Positions 37,839-48,100 of a stretch of DNA of 64,000 nucleotides are shown piece after piece (the first letter of the stretch is position 1; the number at the start of each line of letters is the position of its first letter). The translations under genes and the position numbers were made by a program. The notes beneath the pieces were generated by a model. That model searched no databases. It was not told the origin of the DNA and saw only the letters and a program-made list of their open reading frames with translations. The DNA is from Tenericutes bacterium ADurb.Bin087. Its GTDB lineage: Bacteria > Bacillota_I > Bacilli_A > RFN20 > CAG-826. Location of the stretch: the NCBI GenBank assembly GCA_002070905.1, contig MWEF01000005.1:1412-65411 (forward strand), written 5' to 3'.

Positions 37839-39674
37839 TTAATCTATAGAATCTTGACTATCATCAATACCGAGGAATTGAGCGTTGTATAAACTCGCAT
37901 AGAAACCATCAGCCGCTAAAAGTTCTTCGTGTGTTCCAGTTTCAATGATGTCGCCTTTATTCATCACTAAAATCTTTTTAGCGTTTTTAATTGTACTTAA
38001 ACGATGGGCGATAATGAACGTCGTGCGACCTTTCATTATTTCATCCATTACACTTTGAATGGCGTATTCAGTCCGTGTATCAACACTACTTGTGGCTTCA
38101 TCAAGAATAAGAATTTTGGGTTTAGAAATAATCGCACGAGCAATAGTAATTAATTGACGTTGACCTTGTGAAATGTTCGTGCCGTCTTCATTTAGAATAA
38201 ATTCATATTCATCAGGGAGTGTTGTAATAAAATGGTGAGCACGAGCAGCTTTAGCAGCTTCAATCACTTCTTCGTCGGTCGCATCGCGATTTCCATAGCG
38301 AATATTATTTTTAACTGATCCTTTAAATAACCAAGTGTCTTGTAAAACCATTCCCACACTACGGCGTAAAGCACTCCGTGAGTAATTACGAATGTCTGTG
38401 CCATCTAATGTAATTGAACCAGCATTAATTTCATAGAAACGCATAATCAAATTAACAAGCGTTGTCTTTCCGGCGCCCGTTGGTCCGACAATAGCGATTG
38501 TATCGCCTGGTTTAACATGCAAATTCATGTTTTTAATCAGTTCAACATCAGCTTTATAACTAAAATCAACGTTATTGAAACAAAATTCCCCGACAACATC
38601 ATCGTTTGATATAATGGCATCTTCAGCATCAGGTTCTTGCTCTGGAGCGTCAAGTAAATTAAAGACACGTTCGGCACCAGCAAGTGTTGTTTGAATATTC
38701 GCTGAAATTTGACCAATTTGTAAGAATGGTTGCATAAAGTTATTAAGGAAAATAACAAAGGGTGCAAGGCTAATAACATCATTTGTAAGACCAGCGACAA
38801 GTAAGACACCAACAAAACCTAAGTTATTAATAAAGCGAATTGATGGGAAGATAAACGAACTTAACCATCGTGACCAGAAATTAGATTTAGCCATCGAATC
38901 ATTAAGTTTTGTAAATGTATCAAATTGTTTTTGTTGTTGATTGAAGAGTTGAACAACTTGGATTCCGGCAAAGTTTTCCTCAACCACTCCTTCTAGTTCC
39001 CCAGTTTTCTTTTGGAAAGTAACGAATTGGCTTTGCGAATTTTTAGTAATAACAAATGTAATTAATAGTGTTAGCGGGAGCATACCAAGCGCCACTAATG
39101 CTAAACGCCAGTTAACAATAAGCATCCCTGTTAAAACAGCAATGAAGAGCATAATTGATTGTGCGATTGTAACAATTGTATTATTTAATGTTTGTGCGAT
39201 TGCATCAACATCATTTGTGCCAATTGATAATAATTCACCATAAGGATGTTTATCAAAATATGAAAGTGGTAGGCGATCAATCTTTTCTCTGATTTTATTA
39301 CGCAAAGTATAAGCATATTTCCCTGAAATACGAATCGCGATGAGTTGTGCGATAGTGTCAAGGATGACAGCAAGAACAATAAGGCCAATCATAAAACCAA
39401 AGTCAACGAATACTTTTGTCCAATCAAGGCCAAGGCTGGGATTAGCAATATCGAAGTAATAACGACCATAACGAGGATGTTCTGGTGAAAAGGCCCCTAA
39501 AATATTTCGTAAATATAAAGGAATAATTGTATTCGCCGACATTGAAATAGTAAGCAAAACAAAAATAACGATAAGGCGGACGCGATATTGTTTAAATTCG
39601 CGTAAAATGCCGCGTAAAGCTTTTTTAGCATTAGTTGCTTTTTCGATTTTGGGTCCGTGTCTACCGCGCGCCAT
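37839..39674 (-). CDS. ABC exporter, fused permease/ATP-binding protein (multidrug/lipid exporter type)
   Basis: 611 aa with a 6-TM N-terminal domain, Walker A GPTGAGKTT, signature ISQGQRQLITIARA and Walker B ILILDEATSSVD. Confidence 0.9.
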   Translation of the reverse strand: MARGRHGPKIEKATNAKKALRGILREFKQYRVRLIVIFVLLTISMSANTIIPLYLRNILGAFSPEHPRYGRYYFDIANPSLGLDWTKVFVDFGFMIGLIVLAVILDTIAQLIAIRISGKYAYTLRNKIREKIDRLPLSYFDKHPYGELLSIGTNDVDAIAQTLNNTIVTIAQSIMLFIAVLTGMLIVNWRLALVALGMLPLTLLITFVITKNSQSQFVTFQKKTGELEGVVEENFAGIQVVQLFNQQQKQFDTFTKLNDSMAKSNFWSRWLSSFIFPSIRFINNLGFVGVLLVAGLTNDVISLAPFVIFLNNFMQPFLQIGQISANIQTTLAGAERVFNLLDAPEQEPDAEDAIISNDDVVGEFCFNNVDFSYKADVELIKNMNLHVKPGDTIAIVGPTGAGKTTLVNLIMRFYEINAGSITLDGTDIRNYSRSALRRSVGMVLQDTWLFKGSVKNNIRYGNRDATDEEVIEAAKAARAHHFITTLPDEYEFILNEDGTNISQGQRQLITIARAIISKPKILILDEATSSVDTRTEYAIQSVMDEIMKGRTTFIIAHRLSTIKNAKKILVMNKGDIIETGTHEELLAADGFYASLYNAQFLGIDDSQDSID

Positions 39675-41497
39675 TATGCAGAGCCTCCCTCACGCACAAA
39701 GTCAGTAAATAGTTCGCGTGACTTTTTAATTTCATCGGGATCAAGTTGTGACGCAACGATTTCTTGATAAACCGTACACGTCTTTAACAAATCAGCGTGT
39801 TTACCAATACCCGCAACACGACCATCCTCAAGGACTAGTATTTGATGAGCGTCAAGAATTGAACTAACGCGTTGTGCAACAACAAAAATAGTCGCGTCCT
39901 TCGCATAACTTCGAAGCGCGGTTCGGAGGCGAATGTCAGTTTTAAAATCAAGCGCACTAAATGAATCATCAAAGACATAAACTTTTGGTTTCTTTACTAA
40001 TGCACGGGCAATTGCAAGCCGTTGTTTTTGACCACCGCTGAAATTTTTACCGCCTTGCGCAACGGGTGCATCAAGGCCAAGCTCTAATTTAGAAACAAAG
40101 TCAGCAGCCTGCGCAACACGCAATGCTTCCCACATTTCATCATCCGTGGCATTATCATTACCAAAGCGCAAGTTGTCGCGAATTGTACCTTTAAATAAGA
40201 CCGCAGTTTGTGGAACGAAGCCGATTTTGTCGCGTAAATCATTTAATTTAAAGTCACGAACATCATAACCATCAATTGTAATTTTTCCAACATTGACGTC
40301 AAAAAAACGCGGTAATAAATTTATGATTGAACTCTTACCTGAACCAGTTGAACCAACAATTGCTGTTGTTGTTCCTGGTACAGCAGTAAAATTAATATTC
40401 TTTAAGGTTGGGTGATCAAGATCGCTAAAGGTAAAAGTAACGTCTTCAAATTGAACAACACCATTAGTAATTAATGTTTTATCAAGCGGTGTCTCTGGAT
40501 CAACAATTTTAGGTTTGACGTTTAATACAGCATTAATCCGTTTTGCGCTTGCGTTAACCCGCGGGAACATGATGAAAGTAAAGCTCAGCATCATAAAGCT
40601 CATCATAATGTGTTGTGCATACATCATCGCTGTAATTGTTTGACCAAAAGCATTCATATTAAAAGGGATAATACCAAGCAGCATTTTATCGAAAATAATA
40701 AAACCAATGAGATATATACCAAAAAACACCAGATTAAATAGGATGCTTATTGTCGGACTAACAATTTGCATTATAGTACTGACCTTAATAATAATGTCAG
40801 TCATCTTACGATTGCCTTCATAAAAGAAACGTTTTTCGCGCTCTTCTTGATTGAACGCACGAATAACGCGAACACCAGTCAAGCCTTCGCGTAATAAGAG
40901 CGTAACATAATCTAATCGTTCTTGAATTTGGCTAAATAATGGGCTTGCAACAATAAAGGTAATAATCATTACAACAACAATTAATGGAATAATTATGATA
41001 ATTACATAAAAGTACATTGGGTCTAACGCTAATAATTTGATTGAACCAATGATGAGGAAAATTGGTGACATAATGAAAACACGATTAACCATGAATGCAA
41101 AGTCTTGCACAGCACGTGAATCATTAATTAATCTAGTCAAGAGACTAGCGGTACCAAATTCATTGATGTCACTTAATGAAAAGCTTTCGACATTTTTAAA
41201 TACTTCTTTTCGTAATTCTTTACCGAGAGTAGAAACAAACCAAGAATTTAATGATCCTTGTCCCGCTGCTAAAGCAAAAATGCCAAGTGAAATTAAAAGC
41301 ATCATCCCGCTATGTTTTAACATTTCATTAATTTCAGCTCGAGATAGTCCAGCCTCACCAACATTATTAACAATACTTTGAATTGTTGAAATATAATCTG
41401 GTAATTGTAGTTGCAGTAGTGTTTGACTAGCAACGAGCACAACAATAATTATTAATTGCCACCAGTGGCGCTTAACAAGCTTATAAATTTTAAACAT
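39674..41497 (-). CDS. ABC exporter, fused permease/ATP-binding protein (heterodimer partner)
   Basis: 607 aa with Walker A GSTGSGKSS, signature FSGGQKQRLAIARAL and Walker B VYVFDDSFSALD. Its stop overlaps the start of the downstream paralog. Confidence 0.9.
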   Translation of the reverse strand: MFKIYKLVKRHWWQLIIIVVLVASQTLLQLQLPDYISTIQSIVNNVGEAGLSRAEINEMLKHSGMMLLISLGIFALAAGQGSLNSWFVSTLGKELRKEVFKNVESFSLSDINEFGTASLLTRLINDSRAVQDFAFMVNRVFIMSPIFLIIGSIKLLALDPMYFYVIIIIIPLIVVVMIITFIVASPLFSQIQERLDYVTLLLREGLTGVRVIRAFNQEEREKRFFYEGNRKMTDIIIKVSTIMQIVSPTISILFNLVFFGIYLIGFIIFDKMLLGIIPFNMNAFGQTITAMMYAQHIMMSFMMLSFTFIMFPRVNASAKRINAVLNVKPKIVDPETPLDKTLITNGVVQFEDVTFTFSDLDHPTLKNINFTAVPGTTTAIVGSTGSGKSSIINLLPRFFDVNVGKITIDGYDVRDFKLNDLRDKIGFVPQTAVLFKGTIRDNLRFGNDNATDDEMWEALRVAQAADFVSKLELGLDAPVAQGGKNFSGGQKQRLAIARALVKKPKVYVFDDSFSALDFKTDIRLRTALRSYAKDATIFVVAQRVSSILDAHQILVLEDGRVAGIGKHADLLKTCTVYQEIVASQLDPDEIKKSRELFTDFVREGGSA

Positions 41498-42106
41498 CTA
41501 GTTTATTCCCTTCATAATAGGTAAGTAAACTTCGGAAGCTGTTAAGATATTGCTTGGTGAAGGACCAGAAATAATTTGTGTTCCAATTAAACCGCGTAAG
41601 ATAGCTTTTAAAACATTTAATATTTCTTGAGCGCTTAAAGTGTTGATGATACGACCATTATTTTGCCCTTCTGTAATAAAATTTAAGAAGAGTTTTGACC
41701 AATCTTCGCGTATTGTTAGCAGCGCTTTATTGCGCGGCGCTTGTTTATAAGTGAAAAGTAACATACTTAAACAATAGGCCGATAATTTTTCTTTTTTTAA
41801 TGTTTCTACAATCAAGGCAATTGAACCCGCTAGTGCAAGTTCAGCGGGGATTGTTAATGACTTAAGATGATCAATAAACGGTTTGTAGCGAGCGACAACG
41901 TGATTAGCGCATTCTTCATATAATCGATTGATATTAGTAAAATAGTGATAAACGAGACTATGTCCACAATTTGCTTCTCGGGCTACAGCCGCTATTGTTA
42001 GTTCAGTAAAAGGGACACGCACAAAAAGACGAACGCCTGCTTCTAGAATATCGTCTCGACGTGTTTTAGCTCTGTTTTTTGTTTTGGGTGCAGTTTGTTT
42101 TGTCAT
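41498..42106 (-). CDS. TetR/AcrR-family transcriptional regulator, first gene of the exporter operon
   Basis: 202 aa with the HTH region RRDDILEAGVRLFVRVPFTELTIAAVAREANCGHSLVYHYFTNINRLYEE. It abuts the exporter gene with no gap. Confidence 0.8.
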   Translation of the reverse strand: MTKQTAPKTKNRAKTRRDDILEAGVRLFVRVPFTELTIAAVAREANCGHSLVYHYFTNINRLYEECANHVVARYKPFIDHLKSLTIPAELALAGSIALIVETLKKEKLSAYCLSMLLFTYKQAPRNKALLTIREDWSKLFLNFITEGQNNGRIINTLSAQEILNVLKAILRGLIGTQIISGPSPSNILTASEVYLPIMKGIN

Positions 42107-42157
42107 AGTTCCACTGATGATAGATTATAACAAAGATGGCGTTAAATAGATATTGAA

Positions 42158-42853
42158 TTAATCTTTGATTAATAAATTAATTTCTTCGTTTGTTAGTTTC
42201 CGATATTCACCAATTTTTAAATCATCAACACGAAGTGAGGCAAATTGTTCACGATGAAGAAAAGTGACGGTTAAACCAAACGTTTGGAACATGCGTTTAA
42301 TTTGGTGAAACTTACCTTCAACAACTGTGACGCGCCCAACATTAACATCAACTATTTCTAAAGTTGCAGGAAGTGTTGTAAAATCATCATCAATTTTAAT
42401 TCCACGTGCAAAATGCGCGATTAATTCACTTTTTATAGGTAAATCAGTGGTTGCTAAATAGACTTTATTTACGCGCTTTTTAGGGCTAATAAGTTTATGT
42501 GTAAGTTTACCGTTATTTGTTAATAATAATGCCCCAGTTGTATCTTTATCTAGGCGTCCGACAGTGTGCAAGTTATACATGATAAATTCTGGTGCAAAAG
42601 AAATAATGGTAGGGTGGACGTTATCTTCATTAGCGCACACATACCCTTCTGGTTTGTTAATTAAAAAATATTGAAACTCTTCGTAGTGAAGAACGTCACC
42701 ATTAAAAATAACGACATCGTTATTAGTGTCAACTTGAAAGCCTTCGCTTGTAACAACTTCACCATTGATAGTTACCTTTTTACCACGAATATATTTTTTA
42801 ACAGTGGTGCGGCTTTCACCAAGTGTTTTCGCCAGAAAACGATCTAATCTCAT
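42158..42853 (-). CDS. rsuA: 16S rRNA pseudouridine synthase, RsuA family (S4 domain plus catalytic domain)
   Basis: 231 aa with the S4 domain MRLDRFLAKTLGESRTTVKKYIRGKKVTING, the catalytic GRLDKDTTGALLLTNNG, and HQIKRMF. Confidence 0.8.
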   Translation of the reverse strand: MRLDRFLAKTLGESRTTVKKYIRGKKVTINGEVVTSEGFQVDTNNDVVIFNGDVLHYEEFQYFLINKPEGYVCANEDNVHPTIISFAPEFIMYNLHTVGRLDKDTTGALLLTNNGKLTHKLISPKKRVNKVYLATTDLPIKSELIAHFARGIKIDDDFTTLPATLEIVDVNVGRVTVVEGKFHQIKRMFQTFGLTVTFLHREQFASLRVDDLKIGEYRKLTNEEINLLIKD

Positions 42854-43527
42854 AGTGCTTCTTCTTTTTGTTCGGGTTCAGTGTCATCAGCTGGTGCTTC
42901 TTTTTTCGCCTTCTTTTTAAAAAGACCAATAAACTTTCGCCAAACTTTTACGAACCAGTCTTCATATTTGTTCGCTAACCAGGTAAATAATAAAACGGTA
43001 GCGAGCGCAGTGACAATACCAGAAAAAACATCAGTGGGATAATGGAAACCAAAATATATGCGAGTGTAGGACATTATTGCACTAAAGATTAAAGCTGGCG
43101 CGGCCCATTTGCGATGGTGAATTAAAATTGTAAATCCGAAGATAAAAGAAGATAATGTGTGACCAGACATAAATGCTTTTGATCCTGGGACTAAGAAATC
43201 GTTAAGTTTGCTTTGGGGTGCAAAGATGTTGTACATGTAGTTGTTTAACCATGATGCATCAACTGAAAATTCTGGAACATCAAATGGTCGTGGTCGATTA
43301 ACAAGCGGTTTAAAAATCCAAAGATTAAAGCCAGACACTAAAATTAAACCAAAAACAATAATTAATCCAGCTTTTCTTGTCTTTTTAAAGCCAATCATAA
43401 TAAAAGCGATAATAAAAAATATCACAGCCATTTCGCCGGCGAGTGTTAAATATTTAAATAAGAAAGTAATGATTGGTGTTTGTGTTTTCTCCACAACCCA
43501 TCGTAAAAAACTAATTTCCCACGCCAT
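42850..43527 (-). CDS. PAP2-family lipid phosphate phosphatase (BcrC/PgpB-like; candidate polyprenyl-diphosphate phosphatase)
   Basis: 225 aa with about 6 TM helices and the three PAP2 motifs KPLVNRPRP, SGHT and RIYFGFHYPTDV. It overlaps rsuA by 4 nt. Confidence 0.8.
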   Translation of the reverse strand: MAWEISFLRWVVEKTQTPIITFLFKYLTLAGEMAVIFFIIAFIMIGFKKTRKAGLIIVFGLILVSGFNLWIFKPLVNRPRPFDVPEFSVDASWLNNYMYNIFAPQSKLNDFLVPGSKAFMSGHTLSSFIFGFTILIHHRKWAAPALIFSAIMSYTRIYFGFHYPTDVFSGIVTALATVLLFTWLANKYEDWFVKVWRKFIGLFKKKAKKEAPADDTEPEQKEEAL

Positions 43528-43549
43528 AGTTCTACTCCTTTATAGATTG

Positions 43550-44479
43550 TTATTCTTCTTTATTATTACTATTTTCAGTAACTTCTTCAACTAAAACTTG
43601 CTCTTCCTTTTTATTTGCTAGCCCTAAAAGGAAATAAGAAAGAGCGGCACCCACTAAGACAGCGACAACGCAAAGGACAAACATTAAAGGATCAAAGCCA
43701 TCAACTTTAGCGTATTCAGGACGAATTTTCCCGTTAAAGAAAGCAATGACAATTGAGCCAATGATAAAACCGAAAATAGTAAAATATGTTTTAACGCGAT
43801 CTTTCGCAAAGAAATATTTATACATTTTAGCAATGACAATTAAACCTAATATTGAACCAACACCAAAAGAGAATAGTCCTGCGATATCAAAACCAACATT
43901 AACAAAGTCAAATTTCACAATCCGAATTAAAAAATCAATTAATTCTTCATAATATCCAAAAGCAATCAAGATAAATGTGCCCGAAATACCCGCAGACACA
44001 TGACCACCCATTGAGAGAAAAGCAACAAAGAAAAGTAAAATAACTTGTAAGAAGTTGATGTTTACTAAATCAGCGTGTAATGTCGTAAACCAAGTAAAAG
44101 TTCCTAAACCAAAGACAAAAAGGAAGCCCATCAGCGTTAATAATAAGTTTTTCCACGTAACATTTCCTCTAATCGTGCCAGTGAAAATACGCAAACCACC
44201 AAGCGTTAGACCAGCGAAGAAAGAAATTGATAGAAACGGGAAATGTTCAAGCGCTAGTTTAATTGGATAAAATAACGCGCCCATACTCACAATACCACCA
44301 AGTGCCATCGGTACAAGTAAACTAAGCGATTGTCTAGGATTTTTTCGAAAATCAGAAACAGCATTAATTAGGTCGTCGTATACGCCAATTAAAACAGCCA
44401 TAGTACCACCACCAATAGCGGTAATTAGGGCAAATCCTAAGAGCAATCCTTGCACAAAACGTTTGAAGAATCTATTCAT
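43550..44479 (-). CDS. DUF368-family membrane protein (PopT-type polyprenyl-phosphate translocase family)
   Basis: I prefer the start MNRFFKRFVQGLLLGFALITAIGGGTMAVLIGVYDDLINAV (ATG 44479), which matches the DUF368 N-terminal G-x-SGGT-x-A...Y signature. It is a polytopic membrane protein. The ORF-track extension to 44584 would overlap pth. Confidence 0.7.
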   Translation of the reverse strand: MNRFFKRFVQGLLLGFALITAIGGGTMAVLIGVYDDLINAVSDFRKNPRQSLSLLVPMALGGIVSMGALFYPIKLALEHFPFLSISFFAGLTLGGLRIFTGTIRGNVTWKNLLLTLMGFLFVFGLGTFTWFTTLHADLVNINFLQVILLFFVAFLSMGGHVSAGISGTFILIAFGYYEELIDFLIRIVKFDFVNVGFDIAGLFSFGVGSILGLIVIAKMYKYFFAKDRVKTYFTIFGFIIGSIVIAFFNGKIRPEYAKVDGFDPLMFVLCVVAVLVGAALSYFLLGLANKKEEQVLVEEVTENSNNKEE

Positions 44480-44502
44480 ATCATAAATAATAGCACAATA
44501 AA

Positions 44503-44511
44503 TGTTATAAT
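44503..44511 (+). promoter_or_regulatory. extended -10 promoter (TGtTATAAT) for pth-mfd
   Basis: TG lies at 44503-44504 and TATAAT at 44506-44511. The ATG is 14 nt downstream with no SD. The whole divergent spacer to the DUF368 gene is only 46 bp. Confidence 0.5.
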
Positions 44512-44525
44512 TTAGCAGTAAAAAT

Positions 44526-45107
44526 ATGAAACTATTCGTTGGTTTAGGTAATCCAGGAAAGAAATATGAGAACACGCGCCACAACGCAGGGTTTTTAGCG
44601 GTGGATAAGTTTGCGGAAATGGCAAAGGTTGATATTGATAAAAGCGACTTTAAGGGATTATTTACAAGCTTTACATATAATGGTGAAAAGATTTACATAC
44701 TTAAACCACAAACATATATGAATCTTTCAGGACAAGCGGTAGTGTCACTAATGAATTTTTTTAAAATTGAAGTTCATGAATTATATGTTATTTATGATGA
44801 CATGGATATTTCTCCTGGCCAAATCCGCTTGAAAGAAGAAGGATCTTCAGGTGGTCATAAAGGGATGCAAAATATTATTGAACTTTTAGGAACAACCGAT
44901 ATTAAACGAATTCGAATCGGAATTGGAAAACCCGAACACGAAGGAGTAGATCACGTTTTACAAAAATTAACTGATGAAGATAAAAATGTTTTTATGGAAG
45001 GCGTTAATAAAGCAAGTGTTGCAATGCGTGATTTATTAAATGAAGATTTTAATGCTGTTATGAATAAAAATAATCGAAAGGAGCCAAAACCAACACTGAG
45101 TGAATAA
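44526..45107 (+). CDS. pth: peptidyl-tRNA hydrolase
   Basis: 193 aa with MKLFVGLGNPGKKYENTRHNAGF, GGHKGMQNI and RIRIGIGKP. Confidence 0.95.
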   Translation: MKLFVGLGNPGKKYENTRHNAGFLAVDKFAEMAKVDIDKSDFKGLFTSFTYNGEKIYILKPQTYMNLSGQAVVSLMNFFKIEVHELYVIYDDMDISPGQIRLKEEGSSGGHKGMQNIIELLGTTDIKRIRIGIGKPEHEGVDHVLQKLTDEDKNVFMEGVNKASVAMRDLLNEDFNAVMNKNNRKEPKPTLSE

Positions 45108-48100
45108 TTTTTTTGAGAAGTTATTTCCTAAAAATACACCCCCCCGCTTCGAGAAAGAACGGGTTTTTGTCACATCTGAAATCATTGGCACCACATTCCT
45201 AGTTGCAGAGGCTTTTAAGAAAAAAAGAGATAATTACGTTATTTTAACGAATAACTTATATAACGCACAAAAAACAATTTCAATGTTACAAACATTTATC
45301 GACCAAGAAGATATATTATTTTTTCCGAATGACGATTTGCTTTTTACCGAAGTGTTAACGGCCACAAAAGAACTTGAAGCACAAAGAATTTATACGCTAT
45401 ATTCTTCACTTGAAAAGAAGCGAAAATATATTTATGTAGTAAACCTGTCAGCAGCGTTAAAACCAACGCTTAATCCGACATATTTTGCCAAACAATTTAT
45501 TGAACTAAAAGTTGGAAATACACATAAAATGTCGGCGTTAACGACCAAATTAGTAGAATTAGGTTACAAAAATGTCACTAACGTTGAGCAAACAATGCAG
45601 TTTGCAAAACGCGGCGACATTATTGATATATACACTGTAAACGAGGACTTTCCTACACGCATTGAATTTTTTGATGATGAAATTGAATCAATCCGCGACT
45701 TTAATGTTAGTACACAAGTATCGATTAGAACACGCGACGAAGTAATCGTCCTTCCTGCTAGTGAAAATATATTATTACCAAATGAACAGAAAGAGTTTCT
45801 AAAGTGTATCCATGACTTTTTAAATTCACAAAAGAAAGAAATGAGCGTCACGGAAGAGGAAATGTTTACAAACAATCTAAATGAAAGTATTACTAATTAT
45901 TTAGCGGGTGATTACAATACTCTAAATAAATATTTACTACTCTATTCACTGTTTCAATATAACATCCTTTCATATATTGATAATCCTAATGTTGTATTTG
46001 CAAATGAGCCACAATTACTAGCAACATATGGTATTATTTCTAATCACGCTGAACACTATGTTAAAGATCAAGCACGACGTTTTAATTTGTTACCAAAGAC
46101 GGAGCTTTATCAACAATATAATACATTAGGAAATTATACAAAATATATAACGCGCGAGTTTAGTGAAGATGGCAACGAAAGTGTGCTTCGTATTAGTCCA
46201 GTGGCAGACTTGCGAGGTCGCGATGATTTTAATTTAATCGTGCGTAAATACTATGACGACGATTATCTTATATACTTCTCAATTAATAACAACACCCAAC
46301 TAGAGCAAGTAAAAAATCTACTAAAAGAACTAGCGTTAGATTTTACTTTAGACGAGAGAAATAATGAAAAGCAAATCTTAATTACATACGATTATTTTCC
46401 ACACGGATTTGTCCTTAATTCCTGCAAAACCGTAGTATTTACTAGTAGAGAACTCTTTAACATTACGCGCAATGAGATGCGATATAACGCGCGGTTTAAG
46501 GCGGGAACAGTTATTCGTAGTCATGAACAATTGACAGCGGGCGACTACGTTGTGCACGAATACCACGGAATTGGACAATTCATGGAAATTGAATCTTTAA
46601 AAGTATTTGGTGTTGTAGGCGATTATATTAAAATCAAGTATTTCGGCAACGAAGAGTTGTCAATACCGATGGACCAAATTCATCTCATTAGAAAATATAG
46701 TGGTCGTGAAGGCGTTGCTCCTCGTCTTCATAAAATCGGTTCGCCAGTATGGCAGAGAACAAAAGTTGAGATTAGTAAGAAAATTGAGAATATTGCGGCG
46801 GAGCTCGTAGCAATACAGGCCGTACGCTATCAGCGACCAGGCTTTGCTTTTCCGCCCGACGATGAATTTCAAAAAGAGTTTGAACTCGGTTTCCCATATG
46901 AATTAACTTATGATCAAGAAATTGCGTTACGTGAAATTAAACAAGATATGGAAGCGCCGCTTATTATGGATCGTCTTCTTTCGGGCGATGTCGGATTTGG
47001 TAAAACAGAAATCGCCTTACGTGCCGCCTTTAAAGCGATTAGTGCAGGGAAGCAAGTATTATTTTTATGTCCCACAACACTACTTGCAAGGCAACACTAT
47101 GAAGTGTCACAAGAACGATTTATGAATTTTGGTGTAAAGATAGCAATGATTTCGCGTTTAGTCACCCAAAAAGAAAAAGAAACAATTATTAAAAACTTCC
47201 AAACCGGTGATATTCATCTTCTAATTGGTACACACGCACTTTTTAATATTGATATTGAAAGTGTTGATCTTGGTTTATTAATTGTTGACGAAGAACAAAG
47301 GTTTGGTGTTGAACAAAAAGAGATTATTAAAAAAATGAAGACGAGAGTGGATGTTTTGACATTGAGCGCTACACCAATTCCGCGGACTTTACAAATGTCT
47401 TTAGTAGGGATTCGTGGTTTGAGTCAAATTAATACCGCTCCGCAAGAAAGAATGCCAATCCAAACATATGTTATTAAGCGCGATGACTATGTGATTAAAG
47501 AATTAGTGGAACGCGAATTAGGGCGTGGTGGGCAAGTATTTTACTTATATAATCGCATTGCCACGATATATCATGTTGCAAATAAGTTAAGTCGTTTAGT
47601 GCCTAGAGCAAAAATCGGGGTTGTGCATGGGAAAATGGATCGTAATGATATAGAAGACGTTATGACAAGTTTTTATAACAATGATATTAACGTATTAGTG
47701 GCCACTTCTATTATTGAAAACGGGATTGATGTCCCAAACGCAAACGTAATAATCGTTGAAAACGCAGACACTTTTGGATTATCACAACTTTATCAAATAA
47801 AAGGAAGAGTGGGACGAGGAAACCGCATAGCATACGCATATTTACTATATCAAGGCAACAAAATAATGAATGACGATGCCAAAAAAAGGCTGCAGGCAAT
47901 TCAAGAATTTACCGATTTGGGAAGCGGATATAAAATTGCCCAGCGGGATCTTATGATTAGGGGTGCTGGTGATATTTTAGGCGCTGAACAATCAGGATTT
48001 ATTGATAGCATTGGGATTGATATGTATTTAAAAATGCTTGAGGACGCTATTAATGAAAAGAAATATAAGCTAACAAGTGATCCGATTGAAAAAACAATCA

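Noticed and set aside
44480-44584. N-terminal extension of the DUF368 ORF (track start at 44584)
   Set aside because: The extension would overlap the pth promoter and start codon on the other strand, and it lacks similarity to anything. The DUF368 signature begins right after the internal Met at 44479. ORF-track N-terminal extensions were trimmed for the same reason at the DhaS-like TetR gene (1571), gyrA, rnpA, yidC, jag, the FGGY kinase and rpsF.
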